A DNA stretch of 64,000 bases from Octopus vulgaris. Taxonomy: Eukaryota. Location: positions 193,068,001 to 193,132,000 of the forward strand of contig OX597814.1 of the NCBI GenBank assembly GCA_951406725.2. Reading direction: 5' to 3'. Of the stretch, positions 12,442 to 27,196 are shown one piece after another. The first letter of the stretch is position 1. Each line of letters begins with the position of its first letter. The translations under genes and the position numbers were made by a program. Below the pieces are notes generated by a model that searched no databases, was not told where the DNA came from, and saw only the letters and a program-made list of their open reading frames with translations.

Positions 12442-12784
12442 ACTCCAAATTACTATCCAATAACATCATACACCTTCTCAAACACCAGTTGCTGACGTCA
12501 CTTCAGACAAAACCAATGAAATTCTTTTCTGGTCAGGACCGGACTCACAGGAAAAAAAATACTGATTTCTTAAGGGAACCAATCAACCGGAACGCTAGAT
12601 GACCATCAGGCAAAACCAATTCACCGAGTCCCAACCAGAAAGTCAACCAAGCTGAACGTTGAATTTTGCCAAAACAAAAATATTTTGTCCAAAACGGAAA
12701 ATATTTCAGAACTTGTTATTTGGCCGTGGTCAACAAGGAATGGACGTTACCGGGAGGCCAACCGACCAAAACGCTAGACTTTAA

Positions 12785-13255
<471 letters not shown>

Positions 13256-13406
13256 ACGCCAAAACAAAAATATTTTAGCCAAAACATCCACGAGAAAAAC
13301 AAAAAGACGCCATCAAAATTAATAACCAATCAAAAATTGGATCCTTTTCCGTAAAACCAGATATATCCTAAAACATTTGGACTTATAGCACTTCGAACTC
13401 CAACAA

Positions 13407-13486
13407 ACTGAGACGGTGAAGAGACCAATGCACTGAGACGGTGAAGAGACCAATGCACTGAGACGGTGAAGAGACCAATGCACTGA
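13407..13486 (+). repeat. Perfect 25-bp tandem repeat x3.2
   Basis: ACTGAGACGGTGAAGAGACCAATGC three times with no spacer. Confidence 0.95.
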
Positions 13487-13749
13487 AACTGAAATTGAAA
13501 AACGAACTACACGAACCTAGACAGAATTTGTAAACAAACCTTTTTTATTTCTTTTTCTCCGCCTTTTTCTCATTCTTCTCCACTTTATGATAACTCAATA
13601 TGACTGAACTTTCAATAATGTACATTTGTTATGATTTTCACCAAATATTTACGCTTATATTACCAGCTTTCCCTGTCAAACTGACTGAAAATTTCTGTGA
13701 ACATTGAAACATTTGATCGCTTAAACATATTCCGCTGATTTTTACCTTG

Positions 13750-13890
13750 TAACTTTAAGCTCTCCTAAACTATTTATTTATGTGTTTGTACCGGTTTGGT
13801 ATTTGAATAAATTTATTACAAAATTTAAAAAGCATCTGCACGTTTTGAGATCCTGGTGCACTTTCAAGCCCCTAAACAAATTCTCATATA
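13750..13890 (+). mobile_element. Diverged third copy of the 11722 pLTR-like repeat lacking the hammerhead core
   Basis: Aligns to ~11780-11945 with a deletion joining TTTGTACC to GGTTTGGTATTTGAATAAA. Confidence 0.7.
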
Positions 13891-14124
13891 TTTTTTCCTG
13901 CGTGCAAATACACTTTCCATATACATACATACATACATACATACATACATACATACATACATACATACGTACATACATACATACATACATACATACATAC
14001 ATACATACACACACACATATATATGTGTGTGTGTGTGTGTGTGTACATATATATATATATACACACATACATTATATATATATATATACAAATGCATATT
14101 TATATATATATATATATATGTATG

Positions 14125-14157
<33 letters not shown>

Positions 14158-14185
14158 ATGTGTGTGTGTGTGTGTGTGTGTGTAT

Positions 14186-14588
14186 CTTTTATCTTTTACT
14201 TGTTTCAGTCATTTGACTGCGGCCATGCTGGAGCACCGCCTTTAGTCGAGCAAATCGACTCCAGGACTTATTCTTTGGAAGCCTAGTACTTATTCTCTCG
14301 GTCTCTTTTGCCGAACCGCTAAGTTACGGGGACGTAAACACACCACCATCGGTTGTCAAGCGATGTTGGGGGGACAAATACAGACACACAAACATATACA
14401 CACACATACATACATATACATATATACGACGGGTTTCTTTCAGTTTCCGTCTACCAAATCCACTCACAAGGCATTGGTCGGCGCGAGGCTATAGTAGAAG
14501 ACACTTGGCCAAGGTACCAAGCAGTGGGACTGAACCCGAAACCATGTGGGTGGTAAGCAGCTACTTACCACACAGCCACTCCTGCGCC
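14186..14588 (-). mobile_element. SINE family A
   Basis: Full-length match to other copies. Confidence 0.9.
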
Positions 14589-14656
<68 letters not shown>

Positions 14657-15215
14657 TATATGTATGTATATATATACATATATGTATATATATGTTTGTA
14701 TGTATGCATGTATATCCGTATGTATATATTGTGCATGTATGTATGTATACACATACAAACGCACACACAACGCAGTTTCTCTTCATTCGGGATATATATA
14801 AGGGTGGGGTGGGGTACCACTGTTTCAAATCTTAGTTTTGCTCTTTATTTTTAGCCTCGAAACCTTGCAGAATAATGTTGAAGAAAATGGTATCGATCCA
14901 TTCCGACGAATTCTTCAGTGGTCAGCTTGTTCTTCGACAAAGCTTAGAATAATGGTATTGCACATGAATAATTTACAATTTTATTCCCGTCAACACAACA
15001 CACGTGCAATATGATACACCAGAGATCCAGGCTTGTTCGGTCAGGCAATAGCGTGGAGGGTCTCTCGATGCACTAACACGCATTTGGATACATATTTCAA
15101 CATGCACGCATAAAAACACGGACAATATCTCTATCATACACATGTACCCACGCAGCTACATGCATACACACATGCGTGTATACGTGTATATGAACGTGTA
15201 GGAAAAGTGAGATAT

Positions 15216-15257
<42 letters not shown>

Positions 15258-15469
15258 GGAGGGAGAAAGTGGGAGATAAAATTATATGCAATGAAATAAA
15301 ACAGGAACAGGATAGGATAAGATAGGAGAGGTATATAGATATAAAGTTGGACAAAAAAAAAAAACACACACACACACATTCACACACACATATATATACA
15401 CACAAGCATATATATATATATAAATAAATATATACACATACACAAGTATTTATATATATACACACACAA

Positions 15470-15520
<51 letters not shown>

Positions 15521-15521
15521 T

Positions 15522-15553
<32 letters not shown>

Positions 15554-15654
15554 TTTATATTATATTATATTATATATATATATACATACATACATGCATA
15601 TATATATACATATATATATGTATATACACACATACATACATGCGCAGATATATA

Positions 15655-17519
<1,865 letters not shown>

Positions 17520-17520
<1 letters not shown>

Positions 17521-17776
17521 AGAGGATCCCAACCGGGGTTCATATGACCTTTGGGGGTTCGCGTAAGATTCTATTGTTAAGATTTATCCGCAATAAATTG
17601 GTTATACTTCAACAATACACAAAATATCTTAATATACTTTTTTAATATAATTTCTTATAATATTTAATTATCAAAATAAAAAGGATTCTTTTAAAAGATC
17701 GAATAGCTCTGAGGGTCCACCTGATTGAGATAGGAATCATGGGAACCCATAGATAAAAAATGGTTGAGAACCACTG
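17520..17776. mobile_element. hAT-type (Charlie-like) MITE
   Basis: TIRs CAGAGGATCCCAACC / CAGTGGTTCTCAACC (reverse complement). TSD not resolvable inside the microsatellite. Confidence 0.65.
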
Positions 17777-17892
17777 ATCTATCCATTTTTCAAGTTATCT
17801 CAGTGCCTGTCTGGCTGTCGGTTCGGTGTGGTCTTCTGTCTATATCTACGTACTGTCTATCTATCCACCCATATACCTACATATAGACAAAT

Positions 17893-18265
17893 GGAAGCAC
17901 TCCGTCGGTTACGACGATGAGGGTTCCCGTTGATCCGAATCAACGGAACAGCCTGCTCGTGAAATTAACGTGTAAGTGGCTGAGCACTCCACAGACACGT
18001 GCACCCTTAACGTAGTTCTCGGGGATATTCAGCGTGACACAGAGAGTGACAAGGCCGGCCCCTTGAAATACAGGTACAACAGAAACAGGAAGAGTAAGTT
18101 GTGGTGAAAGAGTACAACAGGGATCACTACCATCCCCTGCCGGAGCCTCGTGGAGCTTTTAGGTGTTTTCGCTCAATAAACACTCACAACGCCCGGACTG
18201 GGAATCGAAACCGCAATCCTATGACCGCGAGTCCGCTGCCCTAACCACTGGGCCATTGCGACTCC
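17893..18265 (-). mobile_element. SINE family B
   Basis: Full length. TSD ACATATAGACAAAT at 17879-17892 and 18266-18279. Confidence 0.92.
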
Positions 18266-18654
18266 ACATATAGACAAATACAGGTATATCAAATACCATA
18301 CAACATAAATTCTTGATATACTAAAACAATTCCCGCCTCTAGAGTATGAGCCATAATTACTAAATGACAATTAAGTTCAGCTCCGTATGGGAAGTGGAGA
18401 TGATATCAAGTATCAAGCATTATCCAAAGTAGAAATGCCATTATGGAAAAGAAGAGGCTCATTATCTGGAGATAAAAGTTAGTCTTGGATACGTGTTTCA
18501 GCCTTGATAATCATCAACAGCACCACAATTGTTCCAGTACCAAACTTAACTCCAGTAACAAGTGACTTTGACTTAGGCAAAACAACAGAAAACATATATT
18601 CCTACACATCTATCAACTAATTGACTAAATCTATCTGTCACTGTTAATGTATTA

Positions 18655-18855
18655 CACTCTTTTACTTGTTTCAGTCATTTGACTGTGGCCATGCTGGAGC
18701 ACCGCCTTTAGTCGAGCAAATCGACCCCCAGGACTTATTCTTTGTAAGCCTATTACTTATGCTATCGGTCTCTTTTGCCGAACCGCTAAGTTACGGGGAC
18801 GTAAAAACACCAGCATCGGTTGTCAAGCGATGTTGGGGGGACAAACACAGACACA

Positions 18856-18908
<53 letters not shown>

Positions 18909-19135
18909 ACACACACACATACATATATATATACATATATATATATACACATATATATATATACATATATATATGACGGGCTTCTTTCAGTTTTCGTCTA
19001 CCAAATCCACTCACAAGGATTTGGTCGGTCTTGGCTATAGTAGAAGACACTTACCCAAGGTACCATGCAGTGGGACTAAACCCGGAACCATGTGGTTGGT
19101 AAGCAAGCAACTTACCACACAGCCACTCCTACGCC
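18655..19135 (-). mobile_element. SINE family A
   Basis: Full-length match with internal (CA)/(TA) tract. Confidence 0.9.
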
Positions 19136-19199
19136 TGGGGAAAATTTACATACATGCATACATACATACCTGCTTACCTACCTACCTACCTGCTTTTTA

Positions 19200-19790
19200 C
19201 AGTTAGTCCTACCTAATTTGATGGTGCTGGGTTCAGAAATGACCTCAGAAATTTTCTATCACGTTTTTTGTTAATTCATTTTTTTACCATAAAAATTCAA
19301 TTTTGCCATTAAATGCAATACTGAAATAAGAAACTAACACAAACCAAATAGTACTTTTTATTGTTTAACAGATATATTACACAAATGTTTAATTACACAT
19401 CTTATAATAGAATTTTCTGTCAAATTGGAGTTTCAGGTACTCAAGGAATGAACATTCTCTTTGCTGCTTTATGTGAATAAATTGCATTATGACAGTCTCT
19501 TTGCATTCACCAGCAACGGTCAGCATCATGTTGGTGTTCCTCCTGCCTTGATACCTAGTCCCCATGTTCTCGATGTCTTGGTGGAATCTTTCTCCTTGTT
19601 CATCACTTATTATGCTATGATTTTCAAAGAAGTAGTCCAGGTGACTATGCAGGAAATGCACATTTACACTGATGTTGCAGCCCAGTGCTCGAAAACTGGT
19701 TACTATGGTTTGCGCTAGCTGATGCCTTTCTGTTTCTCAGGAAATCAGACGCAACTGTAGCAAAAGCATTTCAAGTTTCTTTTCCAACGC
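19200..19790 (-). pseudogene. DNA transposase C-terminal relic, probably Chapaev3-like (CMC)
   Basis: MHFLHSHLDYFFEN...SDEQGERFHQDIENMGTRYQG motif. Subterminal segment ~19205-19265 resembles ~23730-23790. Superfamily assignment is from memory of the motif. Confidence 0.65.
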
Positions 19791-19802
19791 CAGATATATA
19801 CA

Positions 19803-20184
19803 TACTCTTTTACTCTTTTACTTGTTTCAGTCATTTGACTGCGGCCATGCTGGAGTACCGCCTTTAGTCGAGCAAATCGACCCCAGGACTTATTCTTTGT
19901 AAGCCTAGTACTTATTCTATCGGTCTCTATTGCTGAACCGCTAAGTTATGGGGACTTAAACGCACCAGCATCGGTTGTCAAGCGACACACACACACATAC
20001 ATATATATATATACATATACACTACGGGCTTCTTTCAGTTTCCGTCTACCAAATCCACTCACAAGGCTTTGGTCGGCCCGAGGTTATAGTAGAAGACACT
20101 TGCCCAAGGTGCCACGCAGTGGGACTGAACCCGGAACTATGTGGTTGGTAAACAAGCTACTTACCACACAGCCACTCATACGCC
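19803..20184 (-). mobile_element. SINE family A
   Basis: Full-length match with a small internal deletion. Confidence 0.9.
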
Positions 20185-20618
20185 TATACATACATAAAAC
20201 AAAAATACCCTGTTGTTGATGTTGAAATTCCAATAAAGGAGCCTTGGATCTAGGTTAGAAACTGGCTCTTTCTCTATTGGCAAGAGTTCTTGAAATAAAA
20301 CTGAAAAAGGACATGCATAACATATTTTTACACACTCACTTCAACGAAAGACTACAGACCGAAAATTAAACGTCACTGTTTACCTCTCTTCTTATAAAGG
20401 TGTAACAAGTATGAACTGCACAAAAAGTATTGAGAAATTCTTCAGTTTAATGTTAAATCGTTTTTTTTTTATAACTTGACATAAAAACAAACATTATTAT
20501 ATGTATATAATATATATATATATTTACGCGTATGTTGTGTCTATGTGTGTATACATACATACATGCGTACATATATATATATATATGCGCGTGTGTGTAT
20601 GTATGCATATATATATGC

Positions 20619-20659
<41 letters not shown>

Positions 20660-20687
20660 ATATATATACAAATATATACATTATATA

Positions 20688-20729
<42 letters not shown>

Positions 20730-21472
20730 TATATATACATATAACATGAGTGTGTGTATGTATATATATATATGTGTGTGTGTGTGTATGTATGTATATA
20801 TATATATATCTGCGTGTGTGTGTATGTGTGTGTGTATGTGTGTGTGTACATGTGTGTGTGTGTGTAAACGAAACAAGGGGACAGAAAATATTAATTTTAA
20901 AAAATAACGCAGGATAGAAACAAAAATTAAAGAAATGAATAAAAGATGTAATGTGCAAAAAAACAAAGATGGCAAAGTGCTTAAGGAGACTAAGAAAACA
21001 AAAATAATACAGAGTAAACAGGAAAGGAGAGAAAAAAAACTTAAAAGAGACATGACAATTAAAGCCAAAGCGAGAACAGTTAAACGTAAGAGGAAGAAAC
21101 ATTAAATTAATGAGAAGAATAAAGAGCAATGGAAGACATTGAGTGAAAATACAATGACAATGACGGAGTGATTTACAAAAGAGTAGTTCAAAGAGACTCG
21201 AAACGGTAGTGCAATGTAATAATGAGTTTAATTGTTTTTAACATAGACCCAGACATTGCTGTATGTAGTTAAGCTGTTCGCTTTTCGGCTATGTGGTTTG
21301 GGATTCAGTAGTACCTTGGGCAAGTGTCATTTTTTTCACTGGAGCCGTGGGCCGACCAGTATTTTGCAAGTAAATATGGTAGACGGATATGTGTGAAAAA
21401 ATTTTCCCTGTCTCTCTCAATACATACACACGCTCGCACACACACACTCGCATATATATGTATATATGTATA

Positions 21473-21842
21473 TCTATTATATAAAATCCGTTCTGTCTGT
21501 CTGTGTATGTGTCTTCTAGGATCTCGGGTATCCTCCATCCGATTGCGCTCAAATTTGATATGTAGATACCGACGGTATCAGGGTATGTATAAGTCTTGCA
21601 AAAATTACAAAAATCGATTCCAGGTGAGAATGCGATCGATAAAGCCGTGGGAAAAATCGTTTTTCTTGGAATAGAAAAAAGTCTATCTTTATTTCTTCTT
21701 TTGCTGGTGTCTCAAATTTAAGTTAAATCAGTGTTTCTCAAAGAGGAGGCCTATGGGACGGTCGGACAAGTTGTTTTGAGAAAATTTGGTTTAAATGTTT
21801 GATAACTCAGCACCGTCCATTGAATGGGGGGCGTTTTGCTTG
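21473..21842 (+). mobile_element. Non-autonomous Helitron
   Basis: A|TCTATTATATAAAATCC 5' end. 3' CAGCACCGTCCATTG...GGGGGCGTTTTGCTTG|T (degenerate CTAG). Sister copy at 46903. Confidence 0.7.
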
Positions 21843-21879
21843 TATATATATATATAATAAATAAAATATATGCATACAT

Positions 21880-22125
21880 ACAAACATATATGTACGTACC
21901 GACATCTACATGTATATATACATGCATATATAAATATATATATACGTACAGGACACCACAAGAAGACGTAAAAATCAACAGAAACGAAAACGGAAAAACC
22001 ATTTATTACAACAGAAGGACAGAGACATGGAACAAGACGAAACGAAAACGGGAAAAACAATTACGTGCAGCAGAAAAACGAAGTACAGGACATGCTGCAC
22101 AAGAAAAAATCCCCTTCATCAGCTG
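21880..22125 (-). mobile_element. pLTR-like T-rich repeat beginning CAGCTGATGAAGGGG
   Basis: Related to 26983-27200. Bounded by (TA)n. Confidence 0.5.
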
Positions 22126-23243
22126 TATATATATATATATCGGTGTAATGGCGCTAAGCAGTGTTTGCGTATAATCACAATTCAGGTTAGTTGAAATATG
22201 TTTGTCACATGTTTCAACTGCTAAAGAAATACACTGCAATTACCGTGGAGTAAAAATCTCTCTTATGGTAAAAAAGTGTGAGAGGTAGAGAGACATTCGT
22301 TCAATGTCTCTCTCTCTCTCTCGGGAATCAACTAATATATATATATATATGAATGTATGCATATATGTATGTATTTATATGCATATGAATGAATATATGC
22401 TCGTACCTGTGTCTGTGTTTGTGCTTCTTTCCCATCGCTGCTTAACAACCTGTATTGATCTTTGTTTCCCGGGTAGTGCCCCAGCATGGCTACAGTCCTA
22501 TGACTGCAGCAAGTAAAAGACAAACAACAGACACGAGACCAGAAATGATTTTTTATCGCCACCGGATGGTTGAAAGGCAAAACTAACCTCGGTGAGTTTT
22601 GAATTCGAGAGTTAAGAGAGGAAAGAAATACGGGAATGCATTTCGTCAGACGCCCTAACCATTCTGCCATTCCACAACCCTATATTTTATACTACAAGCA
22701 CAAAAATTTGGGTTAGAAACTAGTCGATTACATTAACCTCAGTCTTTCACTGGTTCTTATTTAATCGACTCCGAGAGGATGAAAGGCAAAGTCGACCTCA
22801 GCGGAGTTTGAACTCAGAATGTAAAGATGACTGAAACATAGCTAAGTATTTTGCTGGCCATGGTGGATATGACATATTAAGGCTTGTTTACTTTTCTCAT
22901 GTCTCTCCTTGAGCAGGGACTGACCCGGTACGAAACAACGGCAACATAAAGAACAAGCTCGATCCCAACACGTAACTAGGAAACGAGGTGTGAATATCTA
23001 ACTAACAGTAGTAGTAAATGAGTTGTCAGGGTTTATATTGAGTGTAATGTGTGACAGATGAAGGGAAATTTATGGAGAAAGTAAAAAATCAAAAGGAATG
23101 ATAAAAGAAAGAAAGAAATTAAGACAATTGTAAAATTAACGAAAGAAAGGAACGAACGAAGGAAGGCCCAGTAAAGAAAGAAGCATATAAATGAAATATA
23201 TAAACCGTGGTCAGAGTAAATAGAGAAATTAAGATAGAGATAC

Positions 23244-23292
<49 letters not shown>

Positions 23293-23400
23293 CAGACAGA
23301 GAGACAGACAGACATACAGATAGCTAGATAGATAGATAGATAAATGGATAGATAGCTAGATAGATGGATAGATAGATAGATAGATAGATACATGGATAGA

Positions 23401-23435
<35 letters not shown>

Positions 23436-23699
23436 TCAGTCAGGCAGGCAGCCAGACAGACAGACGGACAGATAGATAGATATTTTTACAAGGAAGAGGT
23501 TGTTAGTGACTTCAAAGTTTCGTTGTGGACTGGCATCTTCAGACATTTGGAGAAAGGCGGTCCACAGCAAAACTTAAGTATATCAACATTTCCCTTGTGA
23601 AAATATATTTTATACTCAACTTGAATTTACTGAGAGACTATTTTTCTTTTATGGATAAATGAATGTACATAAAAATTATAACGCTGGAGAACAGGGTTT

Positions 23700-24620
23700 T
23701 TGTTGTCTGATGTTAGAGACATGTTTCTTACTAATTCTGGGGTGCTGATTTCAAAAATGAAATCCATTTTGCTCTATCACGTCAAGATTTTTTACAAACT
23801 CAAATGTCCATTTTCCAACATTTCTTGTATTGTCACCATTTCTAAACCCGTGTACGGAGCCCGATATAGCTTTGAAAACCTAGTTTTTCAATGTCACTTA
23901 AAGTAAATACAATTGCAAAAGTGAAAACAAAAGTTATGATTTAAGTATCTTTAGTAAATAAAAAGTATCAAGCTTGGGTAATTTTCACCATTTCCAACTT
24001 CACCAGTTTCAAATGTTATGATGATGACAGAAATGTCCTTTATACAATTAGATGTTAAGAAACAACATATTTTTACGGCCCTTGACATCATACAGGTCTC
24101 GTATTTATGGAATTTGTCAGCAGATACGCCCACACTCTGCTTGATTTAGTGCAACTATCATTGCAAACTAGATGAGACATGATTTGTTGAATTTTTAATT
24201 GTTTCTTATGAAAATTAGTATTTTGAATGTGCCCTTAATGTTTTAATTGTGAGTTTACATGGGTCACTTTTCGTCAAGAATGGTTAAAGAACTGTAAAAA
24301 GAACTTCACGGTATGTATGCTCTTTATGGAACTTTGCCATCACAAATCTGTATTTACTTACTTATATTGTTGACTATTCTGAAAATGCTTTTCCCAGGTG
24401 ACAACTTGTTTGAATATATTTTGTATTTCAGAAATTAGGATTGTTGTGAGAGAAGGAAATGTAAAAGCAGCCCTAATATCTTCTGCAATATTTGTGGATG
24501 TTACATCTAAGCAGTGAAACAAAATCACATATTTTATAAAGAAAGCTTACCGTACTTACATTAGCAGGAAACTGGGTGACAAGACAAAGATTTGGCATCC
24601 TATGTAGTGTGCAAAACGAG
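23700..24620 (+). pseudogene. Chapaev3-like transposon 5' relic
   Basis: At ~24455-24620: KCKSSPNIFCNICGCY, FIKKAYRTY, KLGD, YVVCKT. This is a Cys-rich N-terminus of the same transposase family as 19200-19790. Confidence 0.55.
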
Positions 24621-24849
24621 TTGAAACAGAGACAGTATTTCCTTCAAATACTTAAACAGAAAGTTTCTATTTTTATCTTGTGAGAAAATTAAGATTGGTG
24701 TGTTTGACAGGTCATATATTAGGTGGCTATTGCAGGACGAGTTAGTTCTGGAGACCATATCTGACTGAATCAAGTAAAAGAGTATGTATGTATGTATGTA
24801 TGTATGTATGTATGTATGTATGTATGTATGTATGTATGTATGTATGTAT

Positions 24850-25095
24850 GTACTAATCATATCTGTCAGGTATGTAGAAGGGAGTGTAATTCGGCGGGAG
24901 GACTTAAACGACATGCAAAGGTACATGAAGCCCAGTTACAACTACAGTCGGCTATTACCAGTAAAGGTTTTAGTTGCAATTTTGTACAAGACATTGTACA
25001 TCTTTAGCTGGGCTAAAAAGTCACATTCGATCACAGCACCAATAACAGTTAAGCCTCGTGCAATGGCCATACTCGATAACGATGGGGCAGACATC
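24850..25095 (+). mobile_element. RTE-type LINE 3' end inserted in (ATGT)n
   Basis: C2H2-like HICQVCRRECNSAGGLKRHAKVH, a second decayed finger, a short 3' UTR, then (ATGT)n on both sides. Confidence 0.65.
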
Positions 25096-25114
25096 ATATA
25101 TGTATGTATTCATG

Positions 25115-25148
<34 letters not shown>

Positions 25149-25415
25149 TGTATGTATGTATGTATGTATGTATGTATGTATGTATGTATGTATGTATGTA
25201 TGTATGCATGTATGTATGTGTGTATGTATATGTGTATGTGTGCGCGCGCGTGTGTATGCATATATATTTCTGTATGTGTATACATCGCCCTACGGTGACT
25301 TCGAAGTCACTGGTAATAATGTTCTTGTTTCAGAATAACTAATTTGTACTCTACAAAAGTATAGAGTAACCCATCAGATTAATGTAAAATTGTTTTTATT
25401 ATAACAAACATTAAC

Positions 25416-25571
25416 AGGAGTGGCTGTATGGTAAGAAGCTTGCTTCCCAACCACATGATTCCGGGTTCAGTCTCACCGCGTGGCACCTTGGGAAAATGTC
25501 TTCTACTATAGCCGCTGGCCAGCCAAAGCCGTGTGAGTATATTTGCTAGACGGAAATTGAAAGAAGTCTGT

Positions 25572-25575
<4 letters not shown>
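25416..25575 (+). mobile_element. SINE family A 5' half (continues at 27352-27496, probable tail at 30654-30705)
   Basis: Head runs to the internal (TA)n. The body resumes after the Penelope-like insertion. Confidence 0.8.
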
Positions 25576-25610
<35 letters not shown>

Positions 25611-25744
25611 AAAATAGTAAAGAGTGAAAAAACGACAGAAGGCTTAGATGTTAAAAAATATATATATTTGCGTCAATATGTCTGAAGAATATTAGAAAAT
25701 TAAAAAAAAATTTTTTTTTCTCCTTTATAATGACATAATTTTTA

Positions 25745-25783
25745 AAGAAAGACCGGTTTCGCATTTAGCTTTTCAAATTTCTT
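25745..25783 (-). ncRNA. Minimal hammerhead motif in the PLE 3' UTR (U3:A8 core)
   Basis: AAGAAA-U-UUGAAAA-GC-uaaau-GC-GAAA-CCGGUC-UUUCUU. 6-bp stem I, ACCGGU palindrome, GUC triplet, sense to the PLE ORF. Confidence 0.7.
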
Positions 25784-25914
25784 GTGACGTTATGTTTATG
25801 TTTAATAGAGTTATCCTTGTGTTTATGCTCCGGAGAGTTCTAAATAAGGGAAGGTAGTGGGTGATTTCTTCCGGTGTAAGGGAGATAATCGCTTAAATTT
25901 TTTTTTCCTTTCCC

Positions 25915-26853
25915 TTAATGTGAATTTCTCTGTATCAGTATGTTCGGATGGTTGAGTCTGGGCTTGTACTTTTCAATGAAAAATGTTTCCTTGTTTAGTC
26001 TAATTTGTGTTGATGATCCGAAAGCACATTGGTAAAATGGAAAGATTAAAAATTGTGGTAGTAGTTGCTTTGCGCATTTCTCAATGTGCTCACTAAAAGG
26101 TATCATTCTATATTCTGGGAATGCAATCTGTTGTCGATGCAGTGTGCATCTACGTCTGAGTGATAGTCCCGTGGAGCCCACGTAGTCTTGGTGGCAGCCT
26201 GAGCATTTTATGACATAAATTATGTTTTCAGAGGCACAAGTAAAGTTAGATTTGATCTTGAATTTCTGTCCCTCTTTAAAGAGGAATTCTGATCCTTCTA
26301 GCAGGTTAGGACATGTTGCACAGTTCGATCTACCACATTTTTTTACTTTTGCATCCGTAATTTCAGAAGACAATTTTGCCTTTGTGAGAATCTTTTTAAG
26401 TGATTTAGGCTGTTTGTAGCTTTTAATGATTTGGTGTATGTTTAGAATTTCCTTTAATTTGGGGTTTTTATGAAGTATTGGTAAATTCTGGGTGATGATG
26501 GTGAAGGCTTCTTTGTTTCTGGGGTTGTATGTAGATATGAAAGGTAGTATTTTCGGGGAAGGTGTGTTGTTGTGTTGAACTTTTCTTAAAGTTTCTATGT
26601 TGATTTCTGTTGCACGTCTGATCCCATCCTCTATGAGTTGAGCTGGGTAATGTCTGTCAATTAGGGTGTTTTTGTGTTCTTGCAGTCTAAAGTTCCTGGT
26701 ATTTTGTTCTGACACTATTGTGCATATCCTTCTTGCAAGGTTGAAGGGGATGTTTGTTTTAGTGTGTCTTGGGTGGCATGAATTAAAGAGAAGGTATTGT
26801 TTGGCGTCTGTGGCTTTGTAGAAAATGTCTGTTTCTATTTTAAGGTTAATTTT
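25915..26853 (-). CDS. Penelope-like RT C-terminus/thumb + Cys-rich linker + GIY-YIG endonuclease (partial, no true start)
   Basis: Open frame: [92 protein letters not shown]. Confidence 0.85.
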   Translation of the reverse strand, partial: KINLKIETDIFYKATDAKQYLLFNSCHPRHTKTNIPFNLARRICTIVSEQNTRNFRLQEHKNTLIDRHYPAQLIEDGIRRATEINIETLRKVQHNNTPSPKILPFISTYNPRNKEAFTIITQNLPILHKNPKLKEILNIHQIIKSYKQPKSLKKILTKAKLSSEITDAKVKKCGRSNCATCPNLLEGSEFLFKEGQKFKIKSNFTCASENIIYVIKCSGCHQDYVGSTGLSLRRRCTLHRQQIAFPEYRMIPFSEHIEKCAKQLLPQFLIFPFYQCAFGSSTQIRLNKETFFIEKYKPRLNHPNILIQRNSH

Positions 26854-26982
26854 TTAAATTAGTATATCCAATTAGTATATATTAAAATATATATTATATA
26901 TATTAATATATATATTAATTAGTATATATTAATTAGTATATATTAAAAAAATCAGACGTAGATGCACACTGCATCGACAACA

Positions 26983-27196
26983 TCTATATATATACATGCA
27001 TATATATATATATATATATATATGAGTACAGGACACCACAAATAAACGTAGAACACAACGAGAAACGAAAACATAAAAACAAACAAGGAAACGCACTTTT
27101 TTAACAACGAAAAAACAGAGTACAAGACAAACAATACAAGGATTATTCCCCTTCATCAGCTGCCCCTGGTTCGACTCAATGCGTGTTTCGAAGGTA

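Larger units (their letters stand above)
11722..12491. mobile_element. Inverted pair of pLTR-like repeats, second arm split by a SINE
   Basis: 11722-11873 is the reverse complement of 11953-12062 plus 12443-12491. Each arm carries a hammerhead-like motif. Confidence 0.75.
25610..26872 (-). mobile_element. 5'-truncated Penelope-like element (Neptune-like)
   Basis: RT C-terminus, Cys linker and GIY-YIG ORF. 3' UTR with hammerhead motif. Ends in (TA)n. Confidence 0.9.

Noticed and set aside
13407-13486. CRISPR-like repeats
   Set aside because: No spacers, eukaryotic context, no cas genes.
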